The notes below the pieces were generated by a model. The model was given only the letters and a program-made list of their open reading frames with translations. It was not told the DNA's origin and did no database searches. Below are positions 29,772-39,297 of a stretch of DNA of 64,000 bases, in pieces; within the stretch, counting starts at the first letter, position 1, and every line of letters starts with the position of its first letter. Origin of the DNA: Nitrospirota bacterium. GTDB taxonomy: Bacteria; Nitrospirota; UBA9217. Position numbers and translations under genes: made by a program. The stretch spans positions 224,001-288,000 of the forward strand of contig CAWIYV010000014.1 of NCBI GenBank assembly GCA_963840455.1, in the 5' to 3' direction.

Positions 29772-30170
29772 CTACATGGTGTGGATGAGGTAGAGGATGA
29801 GGAACAGGCCGACCGCGAGGACCGACAGCATGAGAAGCACGCTCAGGATTGGCAATGGGGCATACTTGTCGTTCTCGATCTGGCGCTCAACGGAACGGTA
29901 CCGTATATACGCGAGAACACCCATGACAGCACCCAGGCCGACGAGGACGATGCCGACCACCGACGAATATCCCGGAGTCGGGGGCGAAGCCTCCTTGCCG
30001 AGATAGTACGACAGCTGCTTTACGAACAGGGAGAATTTCTCCACCACGAAGCCGAAGGCCATGATGGAGATGCTCGTCCGTATCCACGCCAGGAATGTCC
30101 GCTCGTTCGCCATGTGAACACGGCGGTCCCGTGCTTTGGCCGTCGAAGTATCCCTCACTGGAACTTCCAT
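29772..30170 (-). CDS. DUF202/YidH membrane protein
   Basis: HMANERTFLAWIRT motif, three TM helices. Confidence 0.9.
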   Translation of the reverse strand: MEVPVRDTSTAKARDRRVHMANERTFLAWIRTSISIMAFGFVVEKFSLFVKQLSYYLGKEASPPTPGYSSVVGIVLVGLGAVMGVLAYIRYRSVERQIENDKYAPLPILSVLLMLSVLAVGLFLILYLIHTM

Positions 30171-30182
30171 CACGTTCCTCTC

Positions 30183-30770
30183 CTATCCTTCGATCAACTT
30201 GAACATCCCGCTCCGGATCAGCTTGACCGCGATGGCAGCGAGGAGGAGCGCCGCGACTTTGGCAAAAGCGCGCGTGCCGCCGATGCCCATGAATTTGATG
30301 ATGCGCTCGGCCTGGGCGAAAATAAGCCAGGCAAGCAGGATGTTGGCGACCAGCGAAAGGATGACCGGCGTATACCCGTAGCTCCCCACAAGCACCAGCG
30401 TGGTGGTGAGAGTGGCGGGGCCGGCGATGAGGGGCGTGCCGAAGGGCACGACGCCGAAGGTAGGGGAAGCGGCGTGCTTCTTCTCACCCGCCTGGACGAT
30501 GTCCTGGATGGCAATGATCAGGAGCACGATGCCGCCGGCGATCATGAAATCCTCGACCATGATGCCGAGCGCCCGAAAGACCGCCCTTCCCAGAAAGACG
30601 AACCCGATGGTCACCAGGAAGGCCGTGATGATGGACTGGCGGATGATGGTCCGGCGCTCGTGCTTTTTGATACCTTCGGTCATCGCCACGAAGAGCGGGA
30701 GCGTCGCCGGCGCGTCCAGCGCGACCATGATGGGAATGAGGCAGACCAAGAAATCGTTCAGCAGTTCCAT
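30183..30770 (-). CDS. MarC family membrane protein
   Basis: FMIAGGIVL, VPFGTPLIAGPA motifs; start at MELLND. Confidence 0.9.
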   Translation of the reverse strand: MELLNDFLVCLIPIMVALDAPATLPLFVAMTEGIKKHERRTIIRQSIITAFLVTIGFVFLGRAVFRALGIMVEDFMIAGGIVLLIIAIQDIVQAGEKKHAASPTFGVVPFGTPLIAGPATLTTTLVLVGSYGYTPVILSLVANILLAWLIFAQAERIIKFMGIGGTRAFAKVAALLLAAIAVKLIRSGMFKLIEG

Positions 30771-30975
30771 GAATTGTGTCCTGGTGGAGCGGGAAGATAG
30801 GGTATGAAAAGAAGTATATCGGATAGCGGCCATTCTGTCCAGCCGGATGCGCAAATTAAATATAAAAATAATATATTTTCTAACTAAGTGATTGCATTAT
30901 AAGCTTGATACCTGACTCGTGACATGACCGGTGACCAGCAAGGCGTCTGGGGCAAGAACTATCAGATGTGATCGA

Positions 30976-31056
30976 CAGATCAAGGACATCGAGAATGCTG
31001 TTTTGCTCTGGTTGATCGACAACGGCAGTGAGTTTGAACTATATTCTCGGCACTGA
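30976..31056 (+). pseudogene. Possible DDE integrase/transposase fragment
   Basis: Short frame QIKDIENAVLLWLIDNGSEFELYSRH containing the rve-type DNGSEF motif; no other support. Confidence 0.3.
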
Positions 31057-31182
31057 GAGAAAGCGGATAGTTAAGAGGGTACAAAACAAATGACGTAAAA
31101 ACTTGATCGGTATCAAACAAGAAAAGGGCCGCTTCCTTTCGGGAGGCGGCCTAATCGTTGACAGTCCGATATCGGCTCGTCG

Positions 31183-31709
31183 TTACCAGTTCTCGTTGCC
31201 GTGACACCGAGGATTGCACGAGCCTCCAGAATAGCTATGGATCTGGTTCCCCAGCGCGGCTGCTGCCTGGTTCATGGCTGTTGTGTTGAGATCATTGAAG
31301 TGCACGGTTGCCAGTTTTGTGGTGTCATGGCAATTGATACAGGCAAAATGTTCCCCATTGTATACAAGGCGGTCGCGCACTTGGCATTATAGGTCGCCAG
31401 GACGGATACGCTTACCGTACCGTTCGGGTGGTTTCCAACACAAGCGCTTGCGCCGCTGTGGCAGGCATCGCAGCTTGCCTGAGTGGTGCCGGTAAATGCC
31501 GTGTGGATGGTATGACTGCCCGCTCTATTCGGGGCCTGATTTCCAGCAGGGGGAATGCGGTGGAAAGCTCCACCGGTGACGGTCGCCGGACCGTATGGAA
31601 GGCTGTGAACGCTTGTGCAGGAAGGACCGCTGTCGGCCACACCCTGCAGGTTCGCTCCGTGGCAGTACTGGTTCGAGCAGGACGCCGTTGTAGTCGAGCC
31701 GGAGCTCAT
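31183..31709 (-). pseudogene. Decayed CxxxxCH multiheme cytochrome (third paralog)
   Basis: Two overlapping frames homologous to the 632-aa cytochrome (CSNQYCH, CDACH; CINCH, CNPRCH). Broken motifs CTSVH and GGAFH, frameshift, no signal peptide. Confidence 0.8.
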
Positions 31710-31794
31710 TGTTCTGACGGCCGTGGCAGGAGAAGCAGGACGCGGGGTTCAGCTTGCTTCGATCTTATGCTGGTTTCAGGTGACCCCCGCGGTG
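31705..31794 (-). pseudogene. Remnant of the pentaheme cytochrome 3' end
   Basis: Clearly homologous to 44215-44303 (...ASCFSCHGRQNNE), with indels. Confidence 0.8.
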
Positions 31795-31894
31795 AGCCCG
31801 GCACAGCGTCAGAACACGATCATGTGCGTCAAAGAGCTTGTTCCCCTCTCTCGTTTGCTTGGTATCGGCTCGATGCCTGCGGCCTTGCCTTCTA

Positions 31895-33784
31895 CTACCA
31901 CCAGGTTCTGGTCTCGCCCGAGTGACATGCCGCGTAGGTGCATGTTGTCCCGTTGTAATTCAACCAACTCCAGGTGGTCGCTGACGCAGTTCCAGCAGAA
32001 ATGACAGGCGTAGCCAAGCCTGCAAAGTGAATAGATCTGTCCGAGAGTTTTATGGTGTCATGACAAATATCGCAAGCGCGACCGTCTACGACGACATGTT
32101 TATAATGCTTCCCGGAAAGATAGCTATTGTACTCCGTTGTTCCGTAAATATGGCATGATTTGCACTGGTTTTTATCACTTACGGTTATACTTCCTGTATA
32201 CCAGTCCGGTGTCTGCGCAGGATCAGATTGCGGGGGGATCCGTTGACCTTGTGCGAGCGTCTGGGTCCTCGGCCCGCCGTGGCAGCTTATTTCAGAGCAT
32301 GTTTTTGCAGTCGCATTGAAAGATCCCGTTCCTGTTTTCGCGTTATACACGGCGTCGAAAATGACGTCAACAGTCCCGTTCATATGCTGATCGCACGACC
32401 TCGTGTGGCAGGCTGCGCACGTAACGCCGTAGAGCGCCATGTGCTTTGCATGTTTCCCTGCAATGTTCGGATCCGCGGTGCCGGCAGGTGGTATGCCATG
32501 GCAGGTTCCGCAGCTTGGTGAAGTCGGGATCGTGGGATGGCACTTCGTGCAGGAGGGGCCGCTTTGCGGCACGCCCCCGAGGTTTGTCCCGTGGCAATAG
32601 GCATTCGCGCAGCCCGATGTCCCGGAGGGGGACGTCAGCACAAACGTCCCATGGTTCGAGCACGCGTCTCCCAGCCATCCCGCCGGATGTATGTTCGTAA
32701 CTCCTCCCATGTGGCAGCTGGTGCAGGACGGCCCACTGTCGGGAACGCCGGTAAGGAATGCTCCATGGCAATACTGGTTTGCGCATGCGGTGGTCCCGGT
32801 CGGGCTCGTATTGACATAAGGGCCATGCGTGCTGTATATGGGGCTCCAATTCGACGGGTGTATGGTCGTGGGGCCGCCCAAATGGCAAAGTGTACAGGAC
32901 GGACCGCTGTTGGGAACTCCGGTAAGTGCCGCGCCGTGGCAGGACTGGTTCGCACATTCCGTGGTACCGGTCGGGCTCGTATTGACATAAGGCCCGTGAG
33001 TGCTGTATACGGGGACCCAGCTTGACGGGTGTCCGGAAGTGATACCACCTATATGACAGCTGGTGCAGGATGGGCCGCTGTTGGCGACGCCGGTAAGCGT
33101 TACCCCGTGGCAGTACTGGTTTGCGCAGGGGCTCGTAGTGTTGGCCTTCACATAGGGGCCATGCGTGCTTAATATGGGATTCCAGCCTGCCGGATGTACT
33201 GCAGTGGGGCTTCCCAGATGGCACGCGGTGCAGGACGGTCCGCTGTCTGGGACGCCGGTAAGTGAGGTTCCATGGCAATACTGATTAGAACAGGGGCTTG
33301 TCCCGTTTGAAGTCACATAGGATCCGTGCGTGCTGTATACCGGGGTCCAGTTTGCCGGATGTACGGAAGTGGGGCTTCCCAGATGGCACGCGGTGCAGGA
33401 CGGCCCGCTGTCTGGGACGCCGGTAAGTGAGGTTCCATGGCAATACTGATTAGAACAGGGACTTGTCCCGTTTGAAGACACATAGGATCCGTGCGTGCTG
33501 TATACAGGGGTCCAGTTTGCCGGATGTACGGAAGTGGGACTTCCCAAATGGCATGAGGTGCAGGAAACACCGGACACCCCTCCGCTATAATCAGCGCCGT
33601 GGCAATCGGCGCAGGTGGTGAGGTCCGTATTGGCCGCGGTCATATGTCCGGCCGGAAGCCAGTTGTCAACATGTTTTCCCATGTCGGAATTGAAGTGTGA
33701 TTGGTCGTTCGGATTGCTGCACCCGAGCAGCACCAGGGTCACGATCAGGGCGGTCAGCCAGTGCTTCAGGCTCACTTGTGACAT
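31895..33784 (-). CDS. Lipoprotein multiheme cytochrome c, 12 CxxCH + 8 CxxxxCH
   Basis: LLGC lipobox; six tandem ~55-57-aa repeats alternating C(S/A)NxxCH and CTxCH. Confidence 0.92.
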   Translation of the reverse strand: MSQVSLKHWLTALIVTLVLLGCSNPNDQSHFNSDMGKHVDNWLPAGHMTAANTDLTTCADCHGADYSGGVSGVSCTSCHLGSPTSVHPANWTPVYSTHGSYVSSNGTSPCSNQYCHGTSLTGVPDSGPSCTACHLGSPTSVHPANWTPVYSTHGSYVTSNGTSPCSNQYCHGTSLTGVPDSGPSCTACHLGSPTAVHPAGWNPILSTHGPYVKANTTSPCANQYCHGVTLTGVANSGPSCTSCHIGGITSGHPSSWVPVYSTHGPYVNTSPTGTTECANQSCHGAALTGVPNSGPSCTLCHLGGPTTIHPSNWSPIYSTHGPYVNTSPTGTTACANQYCHGAFLTGVPDSGPSCTSCHMGGVTNIHPAGWLGDACSNHGTFVLTSPSGTSGCANAYCHGTNLGGVPQSGPSCTKCHPTIPTSPSCGTCHGIPPAGTADPNIAGKHAKHMALYGVTCAACHTRSCDQHMNGTVDVIFDAVYNAKTGTGSFNATAKTCSEISCHGGPRTQTLAQGQRIPPQSDPAQTPDWYTGSITVSDKNQCKSCHIYGTTEYNSYLSGKHYKHVVVDGRACDICHDTIKLSDRSIHFAGLATPVISAGTASATTWSWLNYNGTTCTYAACHSGETRTWW

Positions 33785-33905
33785 GTTTTTCACCTCTCAT
33801 TGTTCTGACGTCCGTGGCAGAGGATATACCGGCCATCATTAGTTTTTGCTTGCTCGACGCTAAACCATTGGCGCGAAGGAGGAATCCTGTAATGATTCGT
33901 GCAGG

Positions 33906-35357
33906 TCAGGCCTTGATCTTTTCCAGCATCTGATGGATTTCCTTCGGCATGACACCCTTCATGGTCTTGGCGAGGTAGGAACTTGTGGCTATGATGTGGA
34001 CCACCTTGATCATGAACTCTCTCTTCCTCGGGCTCATGGCATCGAGGGTGTTCATCTTGTGCATGTAGAAATCCCGTGCCGCCATGCCGAGCTCCTTCGC
34101 CACCTCTTCCAGGGTCATGTTCTTTGGTTTGATGACCGGCTCGACAAGGTTATACTTGCAGTAATCAAAGACCGCCACGTGCTCCCTGAGGCTGGGGTAG
34201 ATCTCGGAATAAGGCCAGGGTGCGATCGCCAGAAAGAACGCGAGGTCGGGATTATAGAACTTGGCCAGTTCCACGGTCTTACGCATTCCTTCCGCTGTAT
34301 CATCGGGCATGCCGAGCACAAAGGATGTTTCGGAAACGATATCCTGGGCATTGATCAGATCAATAGCACGCTTGGACTCCTCAACCTTGATGTTCTTGTT
34401 GAAAATGTCGAGCATCGCCTGATTCGTGGCCTCGACGCCCACGTAGATATGGTCGATATGCGCCTTTTTATACTTCTCCATGATATCCTCGTCACGGAGA
34501 ATATCGTCAACGCGGGTTTCCATAAGGATCCTGGTGCCCAAGTCCCGCTCGATCAACAGGTCGAGGATTGTTTCCCATCGCTTACGGTCAAGCGTCGGCG
34601 TCTCGTCGGCGAACATGACCACGTTCACGCCGTATAGGTCCCGCAGGTGTTCGAGCTCCGCAACGACGTTCTCGGGGCTCCGGCCCCGCCAGTTCCTCTG
34701 CCAGAACAGCTGCTGAGAGCAGAAGCTGCATCGTTGACTGCATCCGCGCGAGGTGCTGACAATGGCCAGCACCGAGTTCTCCATGGGCTTGTACGTATAG
34801 ATCGGCCAGTCCACGAGGTCCCATGCCATGGGCAGGCTGTCCAGGTCTTTGATGAAAGGCCGGGGAGGTGTGACGCTGACAGAGCCATTCCGGGCAAAAG
34901 CGATGGACCGCACCGAGGACGGATCGCCGTTGCTGGAAAGACAGTTGATGAGATCGACGACCGTTTCCTCGCCTTCACCCATGACGATGTAGTCAACGGG
35001 ATTGCCCGCCGTGGTCAGGATCTCGTCATAACAGTAGGTCGGGTGCACATTCCCGATGATGGTAATGATCCGGGGATCGATCTCTTTGGCCAGCGTGAGG
35101 ACCTTGAGGGCATCCACGATCTCGGCGGTAAACGCCGTGGTACCTACCACATCAGGCTTCTCTGCTTCGATCCGCTTGTGGATGTCATCGTAGGTGTGCC
35201 AGTGGCTCATGGCATCGTATATGACCGGCTCATACCCGGCAGACCGCAGGCTGCCCGCAAGATAGACAAAGGCGACATTCATCCATACGCCCGCCGACTC
35301 GACAACACCCGAATGGTAGGGCGGGGTGATCAAAAGTATTTTTTTAATCCTGCTCAT
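33906..35357 (-). CDS. Cobalamin-binding radical SAM protein
   Basis: N-terminal B12-binding Rossmann region (GNVHPT, GEGEET) and SRGCSQRCSFC. Confidence 0.9.
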   Translation of the reverse strand: MSRIKKILLITPPYHSGVVESAGVWMNVAFVYLAGSLRSAGYEPVIYDAMSHWHTYDDIHKRIEAEKPDVVGTTAFTAEIVDALKVLTLAKEIDPRIITIIGNVHPTYCYDEILTTAGNPVDYIVMGEGEETVVDLINCLSSNGDPSSVRSIAFARNGSVSVTPPRPFIKDLDSLPMAWDLVDWPIYTYKPMENSVLAIVSTSRGCSQRCSFCSQQLFWQRNWRGRSPENVVAELEHLRDLYGVNVVMFADETPTLDRKRWETILDLLIERDLGTRILMETRVDDILRDEDIMEKYKKAHIDHIYVGVEATNQAMLDIFNKNIKVEESKRAIDLINAQDIVSETSFVLGMPDDTAEGMRKTVELAKFYNPDLAFFLAIAPWPYSEIYPSLREHVAVFDYCKYNLVEPVIKPKNMTLEEVAKELGMAARDFYMHKMNTLDAMSPRKREFMIKVVHIIATSSYLAKTMKGVMPKEIHQMLEKIKA

Positions 35358-35521
35358 AGGTTCTCATAATATGCAAATTAATGCTGTAAATCAACTGAAA
35401 CATCAGAGAAACGCACTGTCTTGGGTCTGGAACAAGATCCGCCTCACCACGGGGACTTTATTCCGTCACGGACCGTGGTGAGGGCATATGCCCTAAATTG
35501 CCACCCAGGGTTGAGAGAGCG

Positions 35522-35866
35522 CTAATGATGAAACGTCATCGTGTACTGCCAGAACGTACCCAGCCCGAACACGACCAAAAGTATTGCATGTTTCATGATC
35601 AACATCTTCCTTCGTGATGCTTCAGCATCTTTTCCATACACATCAGGGATATACGTAAAAGTTCTCCCCGCACCAGCTCCAAAAACGATGAATACACATA
35701 CAATGCCGATATAAAAGAACTCCTTTTGCAACGAACGAATGGCATCCTGAGATCCAGGCCCGAGAATGACCTTCTCCAGACGGTATACGGCAAGCACAGT
35801 CGCTACCCAGCAACCTGCGGCAAAATCATGAATAAACCCGATCATTATGGTAAATATTTTTTTCAT
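35522..35866 (-). CDS. Small three-TM hypothetical protein
   Basis: 114 aa, three hydrophobic helices with His residues (IHDFAAG, MKHAIL), co-oriented in the cluster. Confidence 0.7.
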   Translation of the reverse strand: MKKIFTIMIGFIHDFAAGCWVATVLAVYRLEKVILGPGSQDAIRSLQKEFFYIGIVCVFIVFGAGAGRTFTYIPDVYGKDAEASRRKMLIMKHAILLVVFGLGTFWQYTMTFHH

Positions 35867-36063
35867 TCAATACGCCTTTTCGGCTACCTACAATTATCAG
35901 TCCAGCGCGGCTTCGGTATGCAAGTCCATCAGATCAAGCATGGTGGTAAAGATTGTGCTGAGCAACCCGGGCATGCTGTTTAAATTATTACACATGCACT
36001 TGCTGCCCGCAGGGATGCCTGCAGGGTAAAATGTCCTCGTGGCCCGGCGGAAATGTCCCGGAC

Positions 36064-37602
36064 CTACCGGGATGGAGGGGCATCCTTCCCCATCTTCCCC
36101 TTGTCCCGCTTCTTCAGTCTCTGTTGCTCCGACTTGAGGCCGGCCGGATGATCGGCCAGCGCCTGCTCCTCTGCCTTGGTTTTGTACCATCCTAGTGGAC
36201 GCTCGGCCTGGTCTTTAAAAGTGGACAAAGCATCATCCCGAAGCTTGGCAGCCTCGGCATCGGCCTGCGCAACGAGGATCTCATCCACCACCTGCGGGCA
36301 GGAGGCGACCGAACCCGGCCTGGCCTCGATTTCCTCGCGTACGCTTGGCTCGATCTTCGGGTCCTTGGCGGTCAGCATTTTGAGCTCGATCGAGAAATTG
36401 ACGTATCTCTCCAGCATGCGAAAGATAGCGGAATCTCCCATCGCGCCTGCGGACCGCTCCTCATCAGGCAGGGGCGAGACCTTGCCGTTCTCGATCTTGG
36501 CCCGGCCCACCATCTCGCAACCGGTCCCGCTATCGGTCGTGTAGCCGAGGTTATCGGTGATGACCGCAAGGACCGTCGGCACGTTCGCCAGGTCCCAGTG
36601 CGCCAGGAGCCCCACCTCCCCGTCCGGCAAGGGTTTGAGATCGTCAATGCTCATGGCCAGCACGCGCGACCACGGGGGAACCGGCCTTGTGCGCTTTTTT
36701 GGAGGCAGGCCTGTTACGCAACGCCGCAGGGAATCATCGAACAGGTTGGTGGCAGTCTCGGCCTCGCCCAGGACATTGACGCAATGTGAGCCGGGGATCC
36801 CGATGATCTCCTGCACCATGGCATAATAGTCATCGCGGGTCACGACACCGAACCGGCCGCGATAGCCGCCTCCATCGCAGATACGGCTTCCGGGAGGCAG
36901 CCGGAAGGACATCTTCTTCCGGCGGCATGCCTGGAAGAAATAGACATATGCCGATGTCGCGCCGATGAGCGCAACCGGTAGGCCGCTTGCCTCGGACTCG
37001 CGCAGGGCCTTGATCAGGGCGTTGACATCGATCCCCGACTTCCCGAGCAAAAATTGGCTGTCCGGTGTGCCGAAATGCTGCCGGGTCTGCTCCATGCCGA
37101 TCGCCATACCCATCGAAGGCGCCATTTCAGGGCTCGGCGCCAGAATGAGGATACGGCAGCGCTTGCCGTCCCTGAAGTCCGGGAAAAGGTACGATCCTGT
37201 CATCATCCGGTTCGCCGCGAACACAAGGCGTTTGCCGTCCTCATCCCGGAAAATGCGGCCGCGCTGAGTAAGGCTGGTGGTCCCGCCGGTGAGGCAGGCC
37301 ATCACTGACTTTTCCAGCGGAAAGGACGCTACGAGGTGCGTCTTGAACACATCGTTGTACACCATGGGGATGTCCTGCCAACGATCGATATCACCGGGCC
37401 TCACGTTCTTTGTATCGCAGAACTCCCGAAAGATGGCATTCACCGTGTAATGAAGCGTGAACATCCTGAGACAATACTCATTGAAATTTGGAACCACACC
37501 ATCAACGCCCGCCTCAATGAACGTGAGGACGTCTTCGGTCAAGCGGTGACGCTCAGCTTCCGCATCAGAAGGGGTCAATCGGGTCGAGGGCAACGCGTTC
37601 AT
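36064..37602 (-). CDS. LuxE-like acyl-protein synthetase / adenylate-forming enzyme
   Basis: WQDIPMV..DVFK, TGGTT loop, DGGGYRG, VPPWSRV...L.PLPDGEVGLL..WDLAN, ITDNLG, VGRA; SD GGAG. Confidence 0.75.
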   Translation of the reverse strand: MNALPSTRLTPSDAEAERHRLTEDVLTFIEAGVDGVVPNFNEYCLRMFTLHYTVNAIFREFCDTKNVRPGDIDRWQDIPMVYNDVFKTHLVASFPLEKSVMACLTGGTTSLTQRGRIFRDEDGKRLVFAANRMMTGSYLFPDFRDGKRCRILILAPSPEMAPSMGMAIGMEQTRQHFGTPDSQFLLGKSGIDVNALIKALRESEASGLPVALIGATSAYVYFFQACRRKKMSFRLPPGSRICDGGGYRGRFGVVTRDDYYAMVQEIIGIPGSHCVNVLGEAETATNLFDDSLRRCVTGLPPKKRTRPVPPWSRVLAMSIDDLKPLPDGEVGLLAHWDLANVPTVLAVITDNLGYTTDSGTGCEMVGRAKIENGKVSPLPDEERSAGAMGDSAIFRMLERYVNFSIELKMLTAKDPKIEPSVREEIEARPGSVASCPQVVDEILVAQADAEAAKLRDDALSTFKDQAERPLGWYKTKAEEQALADHPAGLKSEQQRLKKRDKGKMGKDAPPSR

Positions 37603-37636
37603 ACTCCATGTCTCCCTTGAAAATTCAAACTCACCA

Positions 37637-37714
37637 TGAATCCAGGAGCGATTAGAATAACGATACTTCCTTAAAGATCGAAGATTCCCTGCAGCTTGCT
37701 GCAGGGAGCTTCAA
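37637..37714 (+). mobile_element. Palindromic non-autonomous element, short copy
   Basis: TGAATCCAGGAGCGA...GATTCCCTGCAGCTTGCTGCAGGGAGCTTCAA. Confidence 0.75.
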
Positions 37715-37762
37715 TAAGCCACTCTCTTTTACTTTGATCTAATCTTATTCTTCCTGCACGCC

Positions 37763-39106
37763 CTACAAAAGGCGCCTTTTGCCACGCACAATATCTCGTG
37801 ATGCCTTCCATTTTTCATAGGCTAGTTTATATCCATGCCGTACCGGGATTTGGTTCATGAGCGACAAAATGTGCGCTTCGGGGAAGCCGGCCCTCGGGAT
37901 CTTGAACATATGACGCAATACCCTCCCCAGGCGCAGCACCTCAAGCGAAGTCTCGTAGAATTGCTCTTCCCGCACCTCCGGGGTCATGGCCGGATCCGGA
38001 TGGTCGAACAACGCGTAAGCGCCGGTATAATATTCCCAGCCCATATCCTTAAAGAGATAGGGTTCATACTGCTCGCGAAGTTTGGTTCCCGGGTAAGGCA
38101 CGACCAGGGACGGGTGCATGCTCACGCCCAGCCGGTCGGCAAGTTCTACGGATCGCTTGAAATCATCCAGTGAATCCACACGGCTGCCGAGCATATAGAA
38201 GAGCGATACGTCGATTCCGTGGTCCCTGATCGTGCGCACTGCCCGCTCCCGGTCAAGGCCGATCTTCCCGTCGGCCCCGTATGCCTTCAAACTATCATCG
38301 GATATAGCGTCCCATCCGACCCAGACGGTCCGCATACCGCTCTCTCGGGCCGCGTTCAGCATCCTCTCCCCGGCGGGCGACAGCACCGGGCGGAGGCTGC
38401 CGAAGCCCATCCACGTTTTTTTACTTCCCTTGAGCGCCGTGAACAGATCGATGGCGCGCTGCTCCGTGCCTGTCCACCAGATGTTTTCGTCGCCGTTAAT
38501 ATACATCTTTTCCGGTATCGCGGCCACATCGCGCACCACATGACCAATAGGCCGAAACCGCACTTTCCCACCGTAGAACGGTTTGACCGAACAGAACGAG
38601 CAATTGTACGGGCATCCCCGCGAAGTGTTCACGACGCGGAACTGGTGCTTGCGTTTGCCTTGCAGTAATCCGTAGAGCGGCGTCGGAAGGTCATCCAGTT
38701 CGATCTGCTCACCCCGGTAAAATGGCTTAAGTTGGCCGGCCCGAAAGTCCTTCATGACCTGAGGCCAGACCGATTCCGCCTCGCCGATGACCACGGCATC
38801 TCCGTGCTGTTTCGCTTCCTCCGGCATGGCGGAAGCATGCATGTTGCCGAACACGACCTTGGCCCCCCGTGCCCGCAGCTTCTCGGCGATCCGATACCCC
38901 GGCACCGCGGTCGGCGTCAGGATGCTGATGGCCACCAGATCGCACTGCACCCGCTCGATAGCTTCGGGGTCGGCACTGGCGCTGATCAGCTCGATCTCGA
39001 TGCTTGGGTCCGCACGACGCGTGAGCGCTGCGAGATACTCAAGGCTCGGAGGCGCCACCGGTGTCCAGCCGAACGGCAATGGAGGGAAGATAATACAGAG
39101 TTTCAT
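37763..39106 (-). CDS. Cobalamin-binding radical SAM protein (second)
   Basis: GNMHAS, IGEAE, SRGCPYNCSFC, PYPGT. Confidence 0.9.
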   Translation of the reverse strand: MKLCIIFPPLPFGWTPVAPPSLEYLAALTRRADPSIEIELISASADPEAIERVQCDLVAISILTPTAVPGYRIAEKLRARGAKVVFGNMHASAMPEEAKQHGDAVVIGEAESVWPQVMKDFRAGQLKPFYRGEQIELDDLPTPLYGLLQGKRKHQFRVVNTSRGCPYNCSFCSVKPFYGGKVRFRPIGHVVRDVAAIPEKMYINGDENIWWTGTEQRAIDLFTALKGSKKTWMGFGSLRPVLSPAGERMLNAARESGMRTVWVGWDAISDDSLKAYGADGKIGLDRERAVRTIRDHGIDVSLFYMLGSRVDSLDDFKRSVELADRLGVSMHPSLVVPYPGTKLREQYEPYLFKDMGWEYYTGAYALFDHPDPAMTPEVREEQFYETSLEVLRLGRVLRHMFKIPRAGFPEAHILSLMNQIPVRHGYKLAYEKWKASRDIVRGKRRLL

Positions 39107-39128
39107 TGTCAACACTCGGTTTTCAGCA

Positions 39129-39269
39129 TTGAAGCTCCCTGCAGCAAGACTTCGGCGAGTTCAGTCGAGTCGCTGGAGGGAATCTTCGATCCTCAAGGTA
39201 GTACTATTTATTCTAATTGCTCGCTAACCCCGCAGCAAGCAACGGGGAATGCGCTCGCTCCTGGATTCA
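39129..39269 (-). mobile_element. Palindromic non-autonomous element, reverse orientation
   Basis: TTGAAGCTCCCTGCAGCAAG...GGGAATCTTCGATCCTC...GCGCTCGCTCCTGGATTCA. Confidence 0.75.
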
Positions 39270-39297
39270 GCAGTTGATGGCTTCCAGCCCCTTCTCC

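Noticed and set aside
32700-33560. Diversity-generating retroelement TR/VR pair among near-identical repeats
   Set aside because: Repeats are in-frame protein repeats, differences are not adenine-specific, and there is no reverse transcriptase.
35897-36063. Possible precursor peptide for the radical SAM enzymes
   Set aside because: Only a weak short frame (MCNNLNSMPGLL...) without SD or RiPP-like features; unsupported.
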